Translations under genes and position numbers: made by a program
Notes under the pieces: model-generated
What the model saw: the letters and a program-made list of their open reading frames with translations, nothing else
The model's database searches: none
Told to the model about the DNA's origin: nothing
From: Camelus dromedarius
Lineage: Eukaryota
Assembly (NCBI RefSeq): GCF_036321535.1
Contig: NC_087437.1
Coordinates: forward strand, 52,888,001-52,952,000
DNA: 64,000 nt
Direction: 5' to 3'
In this document: piece after piece, positions 60,892-64,000 of the stretch
How the letters are laid out: each line of letters begins with the position of its first letter
Numbering within the stretch: the stretch's first letter is position 1

Positions 60892-62669
60892 AAGTATAGG
60901 TATGACTCTTGGCGATCTGGCCAGACTTTGTTGTGTATTTCAGATGAGGATCAAAGGCCCCCTTCCCATTGACAATGACAGCTGTCAGGCCAAGGGAGGG
61001 CTGCACCAGAGGCATCCATCTGGCTCCTGGGAGAGGCATTAAGACTCAGCACAGGGGTGTTGTAAACATATCAGAGAGGTCTTGGCAATTCCACTTTGTA
61101 ATGGGGGAATCTAAAAGACAAATACTTTTCAAAGGAAACAGGTTTTCAAAAAGTCTTTTGAATTGATTGGGTTCGTATTGTGTGGCTTTTAAAGTACATG
61201 TGTTAAAAGACAGAGGATCTAATGAGGAGAGAATAGTGGTTGCTTTGAATAACAACTGGTAGGAATAAGCAGACGTTGGCTTCTGAGTAGGCTGGCCCCC
61301 ATGGGGAAGCAATCCCCTGGGAAGGAGCTTTGGGGTCAGCAAGTCAGAATTCTGACTCTAGCTGGGCTATCTCAGGCAAGTTGCTTGGCCTCTCTGAGCC
61401 TCAGATTCCCCATTTACAAAGTGAGGTGAATGAGGACACCATCATGTCTCACCTGCGGTTGGTTGAGAGGATTTGAACATGTAAGAGTGAGGAAATGGCA
61501 GCTAAGTCTGTGCCCTGAGGAGTGGCTGAGGCTTGTGCTTGATCCAGAATTGTAAATAGATGTATCTGTCCTCAGGCCAGCCCAACCCAGAAGACTCATT
61601 CTCATACAACATGGAAATGAAGGGGGAGTCCCAGGTTATATTTTCAGAATCCACTGCAGGGATCTTAAGTGATCTCTCTTTGGCCATTTAATGAATGGTT
61701 TAATTTGCTCACACTGGGTTTCCATAACTGATAGTTCAACACTGTGCTTCCCCTCCCTCCTCTGCCCCTGCCCCCAGCCTGTAACAGGGACAGGACTGGG
61801 CTGAGAACGCTGAAACATTGCATTCCTTGGTCAGACGCTTGAAAACCCTGCAATCAAACCTGAGGCCGTATTCGGAAACAACTGTATCCGATGACAGCTT
61901 ATTATGGAAGGTTCTGAACTTCTAAGAATTCCTTAGTAAGAAACAAACAAAATACAAAGATCTCTTCCTAATTCTCTGCCACTAGGAATTTTTATCTTTC
62001 TGACTTCTCCAGCCATGCTGCACGTTTGCTAAAATGTAGGCACACAGATACAGAGCATGTGATGCTTGGGTGGGCAGAGGGCTAGCTTCTGTGGGCCAGG
62101 GAGCTGCACAAACTTTGGTTCAACTCCCACTCATTTCTGGGAGATAGATTTCTCCGTTGGAAGACCACGGACATCAAGGAAAATTTTCCAGTGTGAGTGT
62201 GTCGGTGTGTTTTCAGATCACAGGCTTGGCACTTCTGTGTCTGTAGAACCATAGGAAGGAAAATCTTGAGATCACTTGTCATGTCTGGGATGCTGCCAGG
62301 CCCCCCAGGAGGTTTTATTTAGAAATGTTCAAGGGGGAGCATGTCATCCCGGCTTCACCTGCTCTTCTCTCTGGGTAGGAAAGAGTTACGCTTTCCTTAT
62401 TCCCACCCCGGACATTTTATTTTCACAGTTCTTTGAAGTGCCCTCAGAGAGCTAAGCATCAGGCTGAAGGCTCTGTGTATCTTTGCAACAGATTAGAACA
62501 TATTCACGTTTTATTTGTGCACAGCAAATATTTCCCTTGGAATGAAACCGAGGCAACGGGACAGGATCAGACAAGACCAGCCACCAAAGACAGCACCCTC
62601 AGCCCCCAGGACCGACGTGGTTGGTTCTCCCCTACTGGCTCACTTAAGCCACATAGACCATATTGACTG

Positions 62670-62790
62670 GTTCATTGATTCATTCAGAAAGAATCATTGA
62701 GCCCCAACTATGAACCAAGCACTGTGCAGGTTACAGAAATAACAGAAACAGTCTGTCCTCAAGAGCTCATAGTCAAGTAGGAGAGATAAG
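62670..62790 (-). mobile_element. L2 3' end
   Basis: TTCATTCA...ATTGAGCCCCAACTATGAACCAAGCACTGTGC...GTCCTCAAGAGCTCATAGTC. Confidence 0.65.
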
Positions 62791-64000
62791 AGGTGTTTGT
62801 ATATGAATGACTCTAATCGCGGTGAAAAAGATAAGTCTCTAGAACTCGGGAGATCAAAAGTGCCGTGGTGGGTAATTAGACTGTGTGTGTGTCGGGTGTG
62901 TGTAAAGCAGGGGACGAGCGGAAGGTGTGTGGTGCAGTCAGTCGTGCTGTGTGTGTGCCTCTGCTGGGGCTTATGTGTATGTGCTGGTGGGGGTGGTGTG
63001 TATATGTGTGGGGGAGTATGTGTATGTAGGTAGGGAAGACTTTTAGGCAAGGGAGGATGGGTAGACAGAATGGTGGGATACATGTATATGGTGATGGTGT
63101 GTGTGTATTGGCCAGGGCGCTGGTAGGACTGAGAGATGGAAGGCCGGCTGGCAAGTGCAGGCGGGGAGGAATAGGGCTGGTGGTGACTGGGCAGGAGGAG
63201 GGCCCCACAGGCAGAGGAGCTGAGCCAGCAAAGCCACGGAAATGAGAAAACTCTGAGGGGCACGGGCACGGGCAGTCATGGGGAGAGTGGGTGGTAGGAA
63301 ATAAGCTGGGAGTGAGTGTTGAATTTTGATAGACATTTTCTAATCAAGACGATGGCAGTTTTACAGCCTCCTCCTACGCTTCTGCAAGGATCTTGGGGTA
63401 AAGGAGCCTTTTCCTTCCCTGAGGTTCAAGCCCCAGCTAGAAGTTGGGCCTCAGGACTGAATCTCTGAGCATTCACTGCCCACCCCTTCCCCCCGCGCGC
63501 CCCCCCCCCCCACTCTCTCACACACACACTCGGCTGCTGGACCAGGTGTAGTCCTTATAGTTTCCAGCCTCCAGAGCTCTCAGGATAGCAAAGGTGGATT
63601 CCACTGGGCCTGGGGCAGAGGGGGTTTAAATGCTAGAATGTCTGAGGCAGTCAGAGGACCTGCCAGCAAAGCAAAGGGCTCTCTAGCCCCCTCACAATTC
63701 ATGGGATGCCCGGGCTAGACCTGCACTTTGTGGAGCTTTTTAAAGAACAAACAAGGAGGCAGATGGTAGGAGTTGGCTCCATTTCTCAAATTTTGGTTTG
63801 CTTTTCATTACTTTCCCCTCTCTAGATAGGGTCAAAGCTGCTGCATGATTAAAACATAGCCAGATAAGAGTATTTTATTTCCATCTAATTAGACAAGGCA
63901 AAGAAACTAACATTTATAGAAAGCCTAATGTTTGCAAGATCCACGTCATCGTCATAGTTCCCTGAGCGGTAAATATTTTTCCCATTTTACAGATGAGGAA

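Noticed and set aside
62694..63269. 191-aa His/Thr/Pro-rich ORF and overlapping ORFs
   Set aside because: Product of TG-rich low-complexity sequence and an L2 end.
49200..64000. Exons of a neighbouring gene (DGKG lies on this side in human, from memory)
   Set aside because: No recognisable coding exon; the region is dominated by MIR/L2/L1 relics.
1..64000. Prokaryote-type systems (CRISPR arrays, operons, IS elements)
   Set aside because: The sequence is a spliced mammalian locus with no repeat-spacer array or compact gene cluster.

Overview
Mammalian genomic DNA carrying most of the ETV5 (ERM, PEA3-family ETS transcription factor) gene on the minus strand. It has a CpG-island promoter with non-coding exon 1 (~48362-48510) and coding exons 2-11 (45129 down to 3568). 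These splice into one uninterrupted frame of 402 codons ending inside the ETS domain; the last exons lie left of the window. About 15 kb of upstream intergenic DNA follows. Seven copies of a young tRNA-derived SINE resembling camelid vic-1 suggest a camelid (alpaca/camel) genome; MIR, L2, L1, MER5 and MLT1 relics are also present. I see no wholly new gene system. The best leads are regulatory: (1) an array of Capicua-type TGAATG sites with an unexplained shared TTTTR flank in intron 1 and the promoter; (2) a second Capicua/bZIP/FOX module in intron 5; (3) a 5' leader with both an overlapping out-of-frame uORF and a stop-free in-frame N-terminal extension; (4) a GC-AG mini-intron between two in-frame-skippable micro-exons, one carrying the COP1 degrons; (5) an unexplained ~90-bp direct repeat flanking 1.9 kb. 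Comparisons with human ETV5 are from memory, not from a search.
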